Assembly (NCBI GenBank): GCA_030704615.1
Contig: CM060731.1
Location: forward strand, 49,166,001 to 49,230,000
From: Takakia lepidozioides
Lineage: Eukaryota; Plantae; Bryophyta
DNA: 64,000 nt
Direction: 5' to 3'
Part shown: one piece after another, positions 49,851 to 64,000 of the stretch
Numbering within the stretch: the first letter of the stretch is position 1
How the letters are laid out: each line of letters begins with the position of its first letter
Notes under the pieces: generated by a model
What the model saw: only the letters and a program-made list of their open reading frames with translations
What the model was told of the DNA's origin: nothing
The model's database searches: none
Program-made: the position numbers and the translations under genes

Positions 49851-51951
49851 AAAGCAATTACTAGCAAGGTTTTATTTACTCAATCAGAGTAGTATGGTTC
49901 GCGTATACTCAACCAAGAGTAGGAAAGTTCGTATTTCACTGACATCGGTGTGTGTGGTTTAATTTTTCCCTCTAAATAATTCCAAATAAAGTAAAAACAG
50001 GGCCACTGCCCCCAGTTCTAATTTAAAAAAGAAAAAAGAAAAAGAAGAAGCTCCCCAGCTCCTTACTTATATGCAGGTCAGTGCAGAGGCATTCAAGTTT
50101 GCGGATAGGCATCCGATTGGTAGACAGGTTCACTGCTTGTGTAAGTCTGACATCCAAGTTGTGTGACCGGATTGTTTGACATCGGGTTTCTGCCCAATTG
50201 CATCCTGGTTATGGTTGTAGGTGACGTCAGGTTGCTCCTGAAGCAAGTAGTCCAGTTCCGAACGTTTTGGAGCGAAATATATGAGCTCCTTTGAACTAGG
50301 CATGTGCCACGGACACTGGATGTTGGATCGAGCGGCAAGTTGTTTTGGGCATGTACATGAGCAAGATTCTCTTGGGGTAGTGGAAGATATGACTCTCCCA
50401 CCGAATTGTATCAAAGAAGTGGTTGGAAGTTCTGCTCGACTCCTGCTCGACTCGATTACGTGCAATCGTCATCGAGAACCCGAGTTTGATCTTTGGAGGT
50501 TCCAACCTTCTGATACAGACTGGAAGGTCATTGTCATTCCCTGCCACTTCCCAGAAGAACCTAAATGCTCATTGATGCAATAATCAGCTTCGTCTCTCTG
50601 TGAAATCCAGTGGGCCTCTTACCAATGCCTACGGCTCTCCTTCTGGTTAGTAGTCTAGGAATTCGAAGGCGGGGATAATTTCGCTCCATACCTTCAGATG
50701 GTTCGGAATTGCATTACCTGTTTCAGCGGCAATCTGACTACTACCACGACCATCATGAGGATGCTATTGGGCAACACCTGATAATAGCCAGAGGTCGCTC
50801 TTCAATTCTGATCCGCCGTAGTGGCTCAAATGGGGACGAGAGACTACCGGTATGATATACAGAGACTTCAGTCCATGAGTTTGCGTGACTGTTGTGCAAT
50901 GCTCGACCTTGTGTACTGTTAGTTAATGCTTGACAGTTCATGTGTACTGTGTCAATCCCTGCTCCTTCATGGATGCTTTGCTGCATTCTTGCAATTCACT
51001 TACAAAGCAGCAAGAATGATCAATGCCCACTCAGTGATGGCTCCTTCAAGGATGTTTGGCTGCATTCTTCACAAGGACACGAACTTACAGTGGTCAAAGA
51101 GGTAGTAGCAGGATCCAGCCGCCAACAACTTCCTCACTGCAATGAAGATGCAGGTGATCTTGAGGAAAGCGCGACCGGGACTTGTAACAAACGCCCTTTA
51201 GACATTGGAGCTCGAGGCAACACATGTGAACGCTGTCATTCGAACAATTCACTAAACAAAAGTACTACAACTCGCCTGCAGTCCAAAAACAAAACAGGTG
51301 TTATACCAACTCCAGCACTCATCCTCCAGAGAGCTGCAAACCCAAACCCCGATCTACACACGAAAACGCTGATCTATGAGCACTCGACAGCGTTGTAAAT
51401 GGGAATCTTTCCCTAGTGCAAATGATTCAGACTTGGTGAGGATCTTATTATAGACAAGTCGTTGGTGAAGGGTCGCGAATTATGGAGAGAAGGGCAAGTC
51501 GATTCTTACAGTTGATAGAACTTCCTTTGAAAAATTCACTAGCTTCCTTTCATACCAGGCTTTCTTCCGCAGGGATCCATTTCAAGTAAACCCTATGCAC
51601 ACAGTGCAAAGGCCTGCAGTGGCCACGATTTGCAGAGAACGATTCGTGCAGATGTAGCTTGTGACCCAAAACAAGATAAAAAGAGAGAAGCAATTTCCAT
51701 ATACCACTGCAATGATTCGTTCATTGCAAAAACATTGAGATCACACATTTTGAGTGTGAACAAAATTTATTGGTACAAAACTGGCCAGCCCCAAAAGAGC
51801 CTCATCATCACAGATTAGCTCTTTCTATTGTCTCTTCTCACACAGACTGGGAAAAAATATTGCTGATTTAGTTTTTAATATCCTCTAATATATCTCTTCC
51901 TTTGTTGAATCACTGTTATGGACAAAAGGTGAGGCCACCCTAACCCTCGAA

Positions 51952-54900
51952 TCAGGACCTCTTCTTCACAGGAAACTCTGATTTTGTCTGCTGCTTCTTC
52001 ACAGGAGACTTTGGCAGCTTCTTTTCCTTCCTCTTCAACGGGGTGTCCAGCTGTCGCCTTTTCTTGGTTGAGAGTGTGTCTGGAAACTTGTACAAGATCG
52101 CAGAATCAAGTGCGTATACCTTCAAAGCTAGCGCGGACAGGGAAGTGGTCTGTGCAGCTGCAGAGAGAGAAGACCAGTAACACCAAGTAGTCTTCAGGCA
52201 GTCAGCCCTCACCATTTGCTCCAAAAGGATGACAGCCTTTGTCAACTGAAATACAACAAAACCAACCCAGTCAGAAGCTAAGAGAGAGAGCACAAGATGC
52301 ATTACCCATGATTTAGCTCTGACAAACTCTGACAAGACCACCCTTAAATCCTTCATGCAAGCAGATTGCAGGTCTCAGAGCCCCAAAAGTTATCCCTGAG
52401 AACTCTTCAAAGGATGGTAACCCATTTAGTAACTTATCAAGCTGGTGGAATTGACATGGTCCTGCTTCCTACTTCACATAACACAGCAAAATTCAGGTAA
52501 GCAAAACTGAGAAAACACATGGATTCCATCCGTTGGACGCCGCCCAGCAAGCACAAACACTGCCTAATTATGTGTATATTCACCAGCAGTCTACATTTAC
52601 AAGAGTCGAGGAGAACGTGCACAGATAGTCCCCATTCGATTAGTCAAGTTTACTAGCAAATCTGTGAGGGAACAAGTTAGATTTGGGGTATAAAAATGGC
52701 CCCCTCTAGTGAGTTATAAGAAAAAAGTATCTCTGCTTGACTGGTTGGCATATATGACAAAATTTTGTACTTTTTGATGAGTAGTTGCATGATACCTCAT
52801 AAATGCATGTTGCAGATCTGACAAGCAACCGCCACGCCCGACGCCTGCCTGGAGATGATCGTGCAGGCTCTAGCATGTCACTTACCAGTGCTGCCTCCAT
52901 TTCCAGCAGTCTAATTTGCAGACCTAGCAGCACTCCTTGCTGCTCCCCAACCAGGGGAAGCACCGAGGCCTCTGATACAGGAAACTTTCTTGCCGGTTTG
53001 TTACCAATTCTAGTAGTAGGCATAACTTCTTCCTGCTTAAGGGGAAGCTTTGAACTTCTGCCCAAAGATCCTTGCAGTCCATCAACACAAACTTCTGACA
53101 CCACTGATGGAAACTCCTCATTGCCAGGAGCTAAGTATCTAGAGCTTAGATCCTCCCCTTGAAGGTCTTCAAGAGATGTCTCACATACCTGGTTTGGCAC
53201 CAGGGGACTTGTCAGGTACTCCCAGGTGGGACTCTGAACAACTGGAAATTCGAGGGCCGAAACGTAGTGACCTGGCCCTGCTTGTAAGTTTTCACCATTG
53301 TACCATGGGAAAAGGTTGAAGCCTCGTAGGTCAATTCTCTGCGCATCAATATCCTCATAGCAGCTTATTGGCTCTTCATCAGAGGCGGGTGTAACCATAC
53401 AAAAGCCCCCAGAATCAGTTGAGGGATAGTAGGGATGAATCGTGAGAGAAGGATCAAAGTCTTGTGCAAATTGTACAGCAGGTCTAAATGTGGGGCATTG
53501 ATCACCAATGAAACCAATTTGTTGTAACGTGTCTCCAGTCAAACTGGGGTCAGTGAAAGACATGGAGATGGAGGAATAGGCTTCCTCTCTGTCCCTCTGG
53601 TTTGATGGCCATTGAGCAACTTGCTGTGGACCATAAAAGAGTTCTGACTCATTATTTGAGCCCCATCCGTCCTTCATTATGAACGGAGCAGACTTCTCAC
53701 TGGATCCCTGTATGCCCCTGTCTACTTGAAAGTCTGTAGGCAACAAAGTCTCTGAGAATTCTCCATGTGCAACCCAATCATCATTGACCTGGACCTTCTC
53801 TTTAACGATAGGTGGAGGCATCCTACTCGCCCTGATAGACTCCACATACTCAGATAACAGCTCTGGACCTTCTTCAGAAATATAACTTATGTTCTCACAA
53901 TTGGCTTGATGGAGATCACCTTTGTCTTCAGTAAGTATAGGTGCGCGCGTTGTTTTAGCCTTAGCACCTCGCTTGCCACCATTCCTTCTGCTCTTTGTTG
54001 GCTTCGAATGACATAACTGGGCACTTGATTCTACTAACAGCATTTCTGCACTCGGACTGCACCCTGGGGGACAGCACTTCTGATGGGCCTGGTGCTCAGT
54101 CACTGAATCATAAGTTTCATGGCATTTTTGGCAGTGCCACCTCCATGTCGACAAAGGCTCCAAGCACTCACAATGCATCAGGTGGAGGACATTCTCCTCT
54201 TGCTTCTTGGAATTTCTTGGGGGTGCCACACCTTCCATACCGGAAGCACCAGACCTCCCATGAAGAAAAGTGGTCGCTTTTATGCCTGGGAAACTGTGGG
54301 CCCTTGATCTGTCCAGATGTTTCTGCAAAGAAATCGCCATCTTGGGCTTACCCGACTCCTCATCCTTCCTGCTTTGTTCAATTGTATTTGGTGTATGATG
54401 TTCAGGATCTTGAGACTGGTTCAAATCTTCACATGTGTCCTCTTTCTGAGGCTTGGCAAACACTGACCTTCGCCACTGTGAGAGAGAAACCCTGAGTGCT
54501 CTTTCTTGCTGGCTCTGCGGCCTGAGCCATACAAGCAGCTCATCCAGGGCCTCATTGCCCTTGTAAGCCCACCACCGGCAGCCTACCACCTTCCTTTCCT
54601 TTTCGGCAACCTCTTTCAGTTTATGATCTAAGAAACCCAACAGACAAAACAGAGCATGTAACTACCTGTCAACAAGTTTGAAAGAAATGGAAGTGCAGAT
54701 TGTTTTTGCAAAAATAATAGGTGGTGCTCTTATCAGTCCACAAGTGCAGCAAAGAAACGAGAAACAAAGGGAAATTCCAACATGTGGGCCCCATTCAGCT
54801 CAAACTTATGTTCAAACAATGTACCTGTGACTTCATCGATGATGGCTTTAATACCACCGTATGGCTCCTCCCAGTTTAATAGAGATGGTAAGGATTAGAA

Positions 54901-57900
54901 AAACAAATCCTCATAACCAGGTGACTCCCAATAGTATTTACTGTTCCTTGCATTTTATGCAGCTTAATACCATTCCATCAATCTAGATGGATTGAGTTTG
55001 TGAATGATCCTCCCTAAATAGTTCTCTTCTTCCTGGGCTTACAAACATCTCCCCCAAAGATGCGTTTAGCAGTAAGAGCTTACCATCCAATGCGCACTCT
55101 TCTCTATAACTCTTTTCCTTGCCTTGGGTTGATATCTCTTCATGGAGCAGAGTCCTGGAACCTGGAAGCCCTTCAAATCCAGCTTTGACTCTGTTCAGCT
55201 TCTCCCCGACTTTACTGCAAGATCCTGCTGACTCTGGTGCAGTATTGCCCTCAGCAACTACCAACCAGGGCCTCTGATTAGGTCCACAGAGGGCCCAATA
55301 TTCTCTCCCGAGATCATCCACGCCCATGTGCTCCCGGCGCAAATTGGAATTGAAGAGTTTAGCCTCTATCCTCTCTATGTCCGCATCCAAATCTCTTGCA
55401 GTTTCTTTAGCCAGCATTCCGCGTGTCCGTTCTCTTAATGACCAGGGAGGTTTTGACTTGACAGAGCCTCCTGGTGTTGCTTCTACCTTACTACCCTGTG
55501 ACCCAATGCCTTTTAACTGGCCGGAGTCAGCTGGTGCTATCAGGAGGCACTGATCTGCAGAGTTGCTGGAGCCTGCTATTGCCATGTGTACTTCCACTTC
55601 CCCTGACGGAAGTTCATCGAGGTCACCAAACTCTGGCCTTTCTTCACGGTCTTCAAACAGGACTTCTAGAAGCTTACCATTCTCTTCCACCTTTTCGAGT
55701 TCTCTACTGTCCTCTCTTGTCCAATCACTGACATAATGCACTACTGAGCCCTTCAAAGGATTAGCACACCCACTATCCAGACAGTTAGAGTACCCCATGT
55801 CTGCAGCCTCCCTCTTGACCTTCTTTCGATCCAAACTACCATCACCATCACTACCCTTCCACAAGTTCAAGGTATCCATCTGAAGCTTTCGTTTCAGCAT
55901 GGTTACAGGAGAGGCCCCATCAGCAGATGAGGCAGCCACTTTCATATGGCCCAAACAGCTAGTAAGATTGGACTGCATCTTGTGGCATGTCTGAATTAAC
56001 CTCTTCGTTCCAGACTCGGTCACCAAAGCACTTGCTGTCTCCTCCCCTCGTATACTGTCAATCCCTTCCTTGTCCCTAAATGCAGTTAGGGAAGGAGAAG
56101 GTTCTACAGTTTCAGCTTCAAATCCACCTTCACCTTCAACTCTCCCGTCCTGTTCACAACACAGACTAGCCCCTCCTTTCTCTGTCAAGTGGCTGACCTC
56201 CTTAACATTTACAGGTTGGCAAATCTCTCCATGCAGTAAGGTGCTAGAAGACTCCACAGTCTGGGGTGCATCACCTTGAGCTTGAATGACACCCTGTGCA
56301 CAAGGTAGGGGTGTGCGATGTGCTAACCATAATGATACTTTGCTAGGCTCCTTGAGCCCTCCTGTACCTGGCAACTCCTTGTTGTCAGCTGACTTATTGG
56401 TCTTGGAAATGACCAACCCAACAGGAGGTTCCATAGCTGGAACATCACACATGTCAAGAGGGTCTGTCCCATCGGTTACACTGTCAACAGTCACATCACA
56501 GTTTTCTCTGTGAGTGGTGACTTCACCAAGTTGACTACTCTCAACTGCAACTGTGAACTCTTCTTCTAACTGTCTAGGCCCTCCTAACATGTCTTCCTCC
56601 AACTTTCCAGGTCCACTGTACTTTTGATTCTCTGTGGTCATTACAGTGCCACTGCGCTCCATTGATGATATTTCAACACTGTCACCTCCTACATTCTCTT
56701 CCTCTTTTTGACGGACCAAAACCTCAGACTCCCTGTATCCAGCCTCTCCATCTATGGGATGATTCCCTTCAACTCTATGAGTGACCATCTCACCTGGTTG
56801 AATACCAAACTCTGTATCTAGCACCATACAGTCATCTATTTGGGGCTCCCTAAATGAATCCCAAATGTGACTTAAAATAACACCCAACTCTGTCACCTCT
56901 CCGTCCTGACTCATACTTTCATCAGCATCTCTAACTCTAAATTCACAATCTTGTCCATGCAAGTTGTCTTCCAGACCTGATGTTGCTGAATTCTCCAGGA
57001 CATTCAGGTGCTTGTTAGGTTTCCTATCCTCCCCATCTAAGCCTTCTTCCTCCTGGAACCCAGCAACTGGTGCTTGCTCACTTGTCCTACGCACCAGATT
57101 GTCAACACATTTCCTCTTCTTTGTCTCTGCTACTAACACAACCTTAGGCAAAAAAGTTTCCCCTCTTACTTTATTGGATAATACACCATTGATACTTGAT
57201 TTTCCCGGTTCCTTTTCCAACACATGGGCATCCTCTCTCCCAAGCCCATTACAAAGTCTTTGTTCCACTAAAACTTCTCCCTCCATCACAAGCAACATGA
57301 CATCAGCTTCATCCTTCAGAACTTCAGGTATTGAACTGGAATTTCCACCCCCCAAAACATCAGATAATGGCTGTCTCAGCCTTGCGGGCCAACAGTCTCC
57401 CAGAGGTTCATTTCGATCTTTCTCTGGTGTCTCTTGTCCAAATGATGTACATCCAGAGGTTTCTCTGTGCCCTGCGATTTCCTGTTTGACAGCCAGAACT
57501 ACCTGCTGTTCTTCCCGTCTTCTTTCATGGCTACAAAGCTCTCCATCGACTACACTTCTGTGGCGCTCAGCCACCAGTGTACGAAGCTCGTCCTTAAGCT
57601 CAAAAGCTAGGTCTGTGCTCTTTCCAAGGTGTGCACGCACTCGGGTAGTCTTCAGTGCCTCGTCGCAGAAAATTTTTAGGAGAAAAACCCTCTGAGAGTT
57701 GAACCCAGGCCACACATAAAAGACATCAACATGAGAAATATTAGTAACCTATGTTGTGAACTTAGAAACAGCCTACCTGGTGTCCCCAATAAAAATTTCT
57801 GGACAACCATCAGATCAAATAATTTCCTTTGAATGAACTACTGGCGCTTTACATGCCGAAGGTCACCAAAGTACTGAAGTTAGACAACAGCTCCTAGGTG

Positions 57901-60900
57901 CTTCCACAGATTTGGCAATGTAGTAGAAGCTAGCGGAGTGGGTGGCCATTAGGCAGTGCTACTCCAGGCCAAATGTGACTCACTAAGCATCCGCAGTATA
58001 AAAGCACCATTGGTTATTTCTGTTGGGTGCCCCACTCTCTTTCTTGTTTCAAGCTTTTTCTTGTATAACCTCGTTGATCTTTCCGCGGACGTTGTAAAGT
58101 ATCATTTCTCTCCATTGCTCCCTCTCCCTCTCTTGTTCCGCCCAAACTGGACGCGGGGTCTAAACCCTAAACAATGTCTTATGAGTATATGGTCCCCTTG
58201 TCTTTGCTCTCTCCAAATGACACATGGGGTTCATAGCCACGCAAGTCCAATCAGTACATTCCCTTCCCTCTCAAGTGACTGGCTGTGCAACATATGTTCC
58301 AAGCCAGAGGAGGAACAGTGCTGGAATCAGCCTTGTCCTTTCCAGTTTGATGTCAATGCCATGCATAGATCAACAATATAATCCCTGTAAGTTGACAACA
58401 TTTTAAGGTTTGAGATCACTATACCCTGGTTTACTGGCACCCCACAATTGACACCAGAGAGAGAGAAAACATGCCCTTCATGATACTTGCAAAAGTTGGC
58501 GCCATCTCTCTCTATGCAGGCACAGAATAACTGGGTCCCATTTCTCTATCTCTAGCAAAACTACCAGCACACTCAGCTGTGATTTCTAATTTAGTCCCAA
58601 TATTAAATTTGTTCATAAGTTGAGGGATAATTGGTTCTTACATCTTCCAGATTCAACTGCCAGTACTCCCTCTCCTGCATCCTCTTCAACAATGCTGGCA
58701 AGGGGCTCTCCATTACAGGGGCCTGAGTTCCATGCAGTGGCCCTTTCTTTTCTGTGGCACAGTCCGGAGTGATCCCATCTTCTGGAAACTGCTCATCTTC
58801 AAATTCTGCCTCTGAAAATTTTCCCACCACATGGGTCAAACCTGGCATGCTCACCGCCACAAGCTTCTCCCCTTCCTTTTCCGGGGTCACGATCCCTATC
58901 TGCCTGTCTACATCAAGTGCCTCTGGGAAGCCCCCCTCAACAGCAACACATGATGGGCAGAACCAATTTCCCTTTGGAACTTCCTCAAGGGGAGGAACCA
59001 GACAATATGTGTGGTACTCTGCCTCACAACCATCACACAACAAGATATTGTCATAGTTCTCGTCCACCCCACAGACCCGGCACGGATCATCATCCTCCCA
59101 AAGAGCCTTAAGTAATTTTCCATCTCCAGGAGTTTCTAATACGTCTGTCTGAGCCTGAGTTAAATTTCCTGGCAAGTCCACCGGACAAGCAAGCTTGAGA
59201 TTTCCATCAACGTTGCCGCATTTTCTTTTGGATTCTATCCGACCATTCATCAAGCTTATCACCTGCAAGCAAAAAATTCGAAACATTAGCAAAACTACCC
59301 AAAATAGCACAGATATGTAAAAGAGAGAACAGGAAGAGAGTGTGTGCTTGGTAGACTCTGCATGCCATAGTCAGACCTGTCCCAGCTGAACAGAGCAGCG
59401 AAGGGAAGGAAAGGAACCAAAGGAAGATCAAAGAGCTTATGGGACACAAAAAGAATGATACAGAAGTGAGTGGGCAGCCCAAAACTCACATTCAAGGTTC
59501 AATATTAAATAATTTCTCTAGGTGGAGCCTCACTTAGATATGCAGCCAGGTAATTCTGGTCCTCATAATGAAAGACCTCAGCAAGATGTCATTGGCTGTC
59601 CTCGAATAGGCAGGAGAAGGGGGGAAGGTGGGGGAGGTCGTAGCAGAAAGCTTGCTCCAAGTGCTTGAATTACACGCATGTGATAGTGATACCCGTTTTC
59701 TTCACATTTTCTCAAGAGTGCACTTAAAACAGTTTCTCAATTTTTCATTAGAGGTTGCTTTCCTACACCTTGTGGTCATACCCCAGTTCAGACGGACCAA
59801 CAAGGTGGGGAGGAGAGCAGCAGGGGCCCAACTACAGTCATTGAAGGCTTGCTTCAGTAGTATTTGCCCCAGGAATACAAATCAATGAGAGCCACAGTAT
59901 TGGCTGTCTCAAACCTCTCAAACTGAGGGAAAGAGGTGTTGCCACAAGTCTATCTGATGCTTTTAAGAAGGGCTTTTGTTGAGCACAGTACCCATTACAG
60001 TGTATCAGGAAGTGCTGCCTATCCTCCCTACGGATCGGATATGGATTCACTTTTTCATGTGTACTTATGGTACACAGGTGGGCAGCCTACACTAAATTCG
60101 AATGCCCAGAGTGGAGAGGCCATTTATATAGTCTTTCAATATGCCTTTTGAGGCCATTAGAGTCCCACTTATTCATCAAAAGCTGAAAATTCCTTTTCAG
60201 CACCATTTCTTCCCTGGCCTTACTATCTTGGCCTCAATCTCCTCCATAGACTTCTCCACGAGGTCTGCCCTTCCGATAGTGAATATGTCTGCTCTCTTCT
60301 GCCTCAATTGGCCTCTTTGACATGTCGGTCTTCATTCGACGAGCAGAGTCAACAATCTTTATGTACCTTATAGAGTGCATTCCAGCCAATTGGTACCACA
60401 GGCTCACCTTCAAAGTTATCACTTCTTCCAATCAACGTTTGCCTCTGAATTCCAGTTCTAAACAGTGATGTGGTATTTATAGGGAGCAGATGCAAAAATC
60501 TGAAAGCACTGGAGCTGTATGGCTTGAGAAGGAACACAGATTTTTTCACTGCCAGGTTCCCCTGCAACAGGAAGGGATCACACACACTAACACAAAATGT
60601 CGCATTGGGGGGGGCGGGGGTGGGAGAATTACAGAAGATGCAATTATGACAATCGGACAGAAACCTTCTTTTAGACCAAGAATAGAGCTGATAAGTGACA
60701 TCTTACACATAAGTTTGTACGGTGTGAATGAGTGTGCCAGTTCTATTGGTGCATTAGTAACCTTGTCTCAGCGCATACTTTCTAATTCATGTGCCCAGGC
60801 CTCCAATTATGAGTAAATCATAATGAAAAATATCTTTGAACAGCAAACAAGGACAGCCTACCTGCTTCTTGTATAGTGTCTTAAAGAGTTGAGACAGGGA

Positions 60901-63900
60901 GGTTGCAAGCTGCACCATGTCACTTTTATTTAACACTTCCGCATTTCTCCATATCTGTAACAGCAAGACATGTCATTCAGCACATTGATACGGACCCCTT
61001 CTAAACAGAAGATCTGTAAACGGAAAAAACGAATAATACCAATCACAGACTGACACAGTAACTTGTGGGTGAGGGACATGAAGGAACCTACCTGTCGCAC
61101 ATCTGCAGCAAATGAATCTGGTGAGCCTCCATAAGCCCCAGAGGAGAGGCGTGCATCAATGGTTCGGAAACCAAGTGGCCGTGCCACAATAGCTGACGCC
61201 TTACCCTGCCTCACATCTTCTGGACCTCCGAACAAATTGCAGAAGGCTTCTGACTTGTCTGCATTGGCTACCTGGCGCAGGACTATACGGCAATGCTCCA
61301 TGAGAAGTTCAGGAGATGGGGCTAACTTCTTTGATTTTCGAACCAGACAAGGTTTTGCATGCCACACTTCTTCCCCAAGATAGGGCACTAGAAGCTTCAA
61401 TGCAGCACTCTGTAGATGACACCCAGAATCAACTTCAGAGATTGTTTGGCCCCTGAACTGCAACTTGGCTTGTTAAACTCTGCATGGTGTGAGCCATGAC
61501 CCAATTTTCACAACTGAGAGGTGGGTCTGCAGGATCTGGACTTCAAAAATTCGTGGACTGATTATCACAACAATCGTCAGAACCTAACAACAACCTTCAA
61601 AATCATAATGTCCACTGAAATTCAAGCTTCAGAGCTGTTTATCCTTGTGATATAGATCCTGAACCTTCGGGCCAGTAAACCCAGTTTACCTTGATGGGGC
61701 CAGCAGCATTGCGCTTAAAGACCTCCTTACTTATTGACCATTCCAGTGTTGCTCTCGCCATGTCAGGGAGTTCCTGCTCCAATACTTCCCGCACAATAGT
61801 CCTGATCCTGGCCCCAGCATGCGTTGGCATTCTGCACACAGGTTCCAAAACTTGAACCCACCGGGGCAGTTCCTTAAGCTCTGAGTGTGTCTTTTGTAAC
61901 TCAATTACCATTGGTGCCGGGCCGGCCAAGGGATCTGTTTGCAAATCCAATTTTGGGGCCAAAGTAGGTGTCACTGTATCTTTTCCCTCTGGTTTTGGCA
62001 TTCGGATGGAAAGCTCCTTCTCTGCGTCTGCTAGCACCTGAAACAAATGCAGGAATTATGAGACTCCCAATGGAGATATGAGCTGAAGGGCGTGGCCTCA
62101 AGTCTGGCTTCATCAGCTGTTGGAAGATGACAAAAAGGGTGTCCACACCCGTTTAAATATAGTCATTACAGGTGCAGTTCATGCAATTTGTCTGTTACAC
62201 AAATCTAGCACGAGTGTCCAGGCTCAGAATGCTCAAAAGTATGAAGCAGAACACAAATCCACCTCCCATATCAACCCTATACAAAACCTCACCTGAGCAT
62301 CCCTCTCCACGCCAACTACTCCCTCCGCTGCTCCACACAGGACGCCTCCGTCTCCTTCAAAGCATCTGACCAGCTTCTTGCACTCCTCACTTTTCAGCTC
62401 TGCAATCTCACCCATTTTCTCCACCTCTACAAGGACAACAAGATATCGGCGAGCAAGTTCCGGCCACGTAACCTCATTCAAAGGAAGGTCATCTCCAAAG
62501 TCCATTGGCAAGGGCCGTACATTACGAATACGCTTCCTTCCCCTTTTCTTAGGCTCCCCAGACTCACCACTTGATGCCAACCCTGAAAGTCGGAACTTCA
62601 GATCCAAGATAAGAAATTTCAGTAGGGGAATATGTGCATCAGCCACTATAACCAGACTCTGGCTCACTGTCCCATCCTGGAATGCAACCCTCTTTTCATC
62701 TTGGGAGGGAAATTCCCCAAGTTGAGACACCTCCCCTCCATTTGCCTTGCTGGTCTTCACCGAAGCCTCCAAACTCGTATCCCCTTCTTTCATCCCTGCC
62801 TGTAAGCTCTGTGATGTGGATTTCTCACCCCCCAGTTGAGTCGCCTCCATCACCTTCAGTGCTTTGAATACATTTGCTTCAATGAGCTTCAAGTCCTCCT
62901 GACTCTCTCCCTCCACCAAATCAGCACCATGCCTTGAGGTTTTAACCTGTATTACAGCAGCATCATCACATCCACGACTTTCTCTCTCTCCTCTTTCTTT
63001 CTTTCTTTCTGCCACACCAAGCTTTGCATCTGCATGCTCATTGCCTCTGCCTCTCCCATCCTCAATTTCCTCTATCTTGTCCCTAGGCAGAACTGGCCCC
63101 ATATTAACCAGCCCCGCTTCCAAGTCCTGGAATGTAGGGAGTGATTCCTGCCCAATAACTTCAGAAAATCGACAAAGAAACTCCCATACCTGTAGAAACA
63201 GCATACTGTGTATGTTAGCTAAAAATTGTTGGAGGGCCCTCGATAGAGCAAGCTTGCATACTAATGATGCATAGTGATAGTTACCAGGGGCCTTTCACAC
63301 ACCAACAGATACTCCTTGGAGCTCCCCATGTGGTTTGTGCTGAGGCCCATCAGGTGTTTGCAGGAAGAAAGACCAAGGGTCACAGAAAGTCAATCTCAGA
63401 AAGTTGCTATATGTTATGATCATTCTGAAATCAGTACATGTAGGTCCCACTCACTCTCATCACCCACTAGAAAAACTTTCATCCCCAATGGGATCAAATG
63501 GCAGCTCATGCACTCGAAGGGCCTGCTATGGAAGTGCCAATCAAGTCACTTTCAGAAGAGATAGGAAAAGCGTTTCCTTCTCCCAAACAGCAAGTCCATC
63601 CATGCTCTTTGGTTGGATGGCCAAATTTTTTCAGGGGCTGCCATGGGGGAGCAGGTGGGGGAGCAAGGAGGAAAGGTGAGCCATATGTAAGTTGTTTAGT
63701 TGTTTTATATAGCAATATGCATCATCTGAAAGTTGACACTTAGGGGATTCATAGGCAAGGCTATCACTAACAAATGCAAGTGGACATACTTGAAGAAGGT
63801 CTCCAACCAGCTCAGAAGGAAGCCCTTTCCCAAGAGGCTGGCCAATGGGGGGTGGTCGTCGTTCTTCCATCAGTGGCACAATCTCATCCATCTCCCTGGA

Positions 63901-64000
63901 TGATGCATCTGTTCTAGGATCGTCGGAAATCTCTGGTGACAAACTCTCTGACATCCTCTCCATAACAACTGGTTCCAAAGTTGCTTTGCCTCTTACCCCC
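51952..64000 (-). CDS. MBD9: Methyl-CpG-binding domain protein 9-like chromatin regulator (5' part outside the window)
   Basis: Multi-exon gene with a DDT-like region (LLQVWEFLCRFSEVIG, LNEVTWPELARRYL), LEWSISKEVFKRNAAGP, a bromo-like region (VARPLGFRTIDARL..GAYGGS), a PHD finger (CRVCGVD...LLCDGCEAEYHTYCL.PPL..VPKGNWFCPSC), WHIM motifs (LRREHMGVDDLGREYW) and C-terminal WSSLSAAA...LALKVYALDSAILY. Confidence 0.88.

Noticed and set aside
43850-49900. Right-hand CACTA terminus (…TAGTG + ATA or ACC TSD)
   Set aside because: No matching end was found by eye, so the full CACTA boundaries cannot be assigned.
56964-57695. 243-aa plus-strand ORF
   Set aside because: It is antisense to the large MBD9-like exon.
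57916-58176. Small insertion or solo LTR in an MBD9 intron
   Set aside because: There is only a 5-bp caatg repeat and TG…CA-like ends that do not agree with a TSD; support is insufficient.

Overview
Intron-containing land-plant nuclear DNA, probably from a non-seed lineage (an inference; the species cannot be determined). From left to right it holds: a decayed multi-exon gene with an FCP1/NIF-like HAD domain; an apparently intact TIR-NB-ARC-LRR immune receptor whose LRR exon was recently triplicated in 795-bp blocks; a SINE and LINE debris; a divergently oriented pseudogene fusing two ASR3/SH4-type trihelix domains to LRRs like those of the NLR; a ~28-kb nested transposon cluster; and the 3' part of an MBD9-like chromatin gene. 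In the cluster, a CACTA transposase is split by a Ty3/gypsy gag fragment. That gag is itself split by a clearly bounded 11.2-kb Mutator-like element (27433-38600; removing it restores the gag frame). The main finding is this element's cargo. Head-to-head with its GCM/DDE/SWIM transposase lies a spliced gene for a ParB/Srx-type N-terminal domain fused to a beta-class N6/N4 DNA-methyltransferase fold. Two of that gene's introns carry arrays of a 20-24 bp palindrome, suggesting a transposon-encoded ParB/parS-like self-marking or anti-silencing module. The neighbouring CACTA transposase is flanked by a SET-domain ORF. Most TE genes here are frameshifted, so function is inferred from motifs only.
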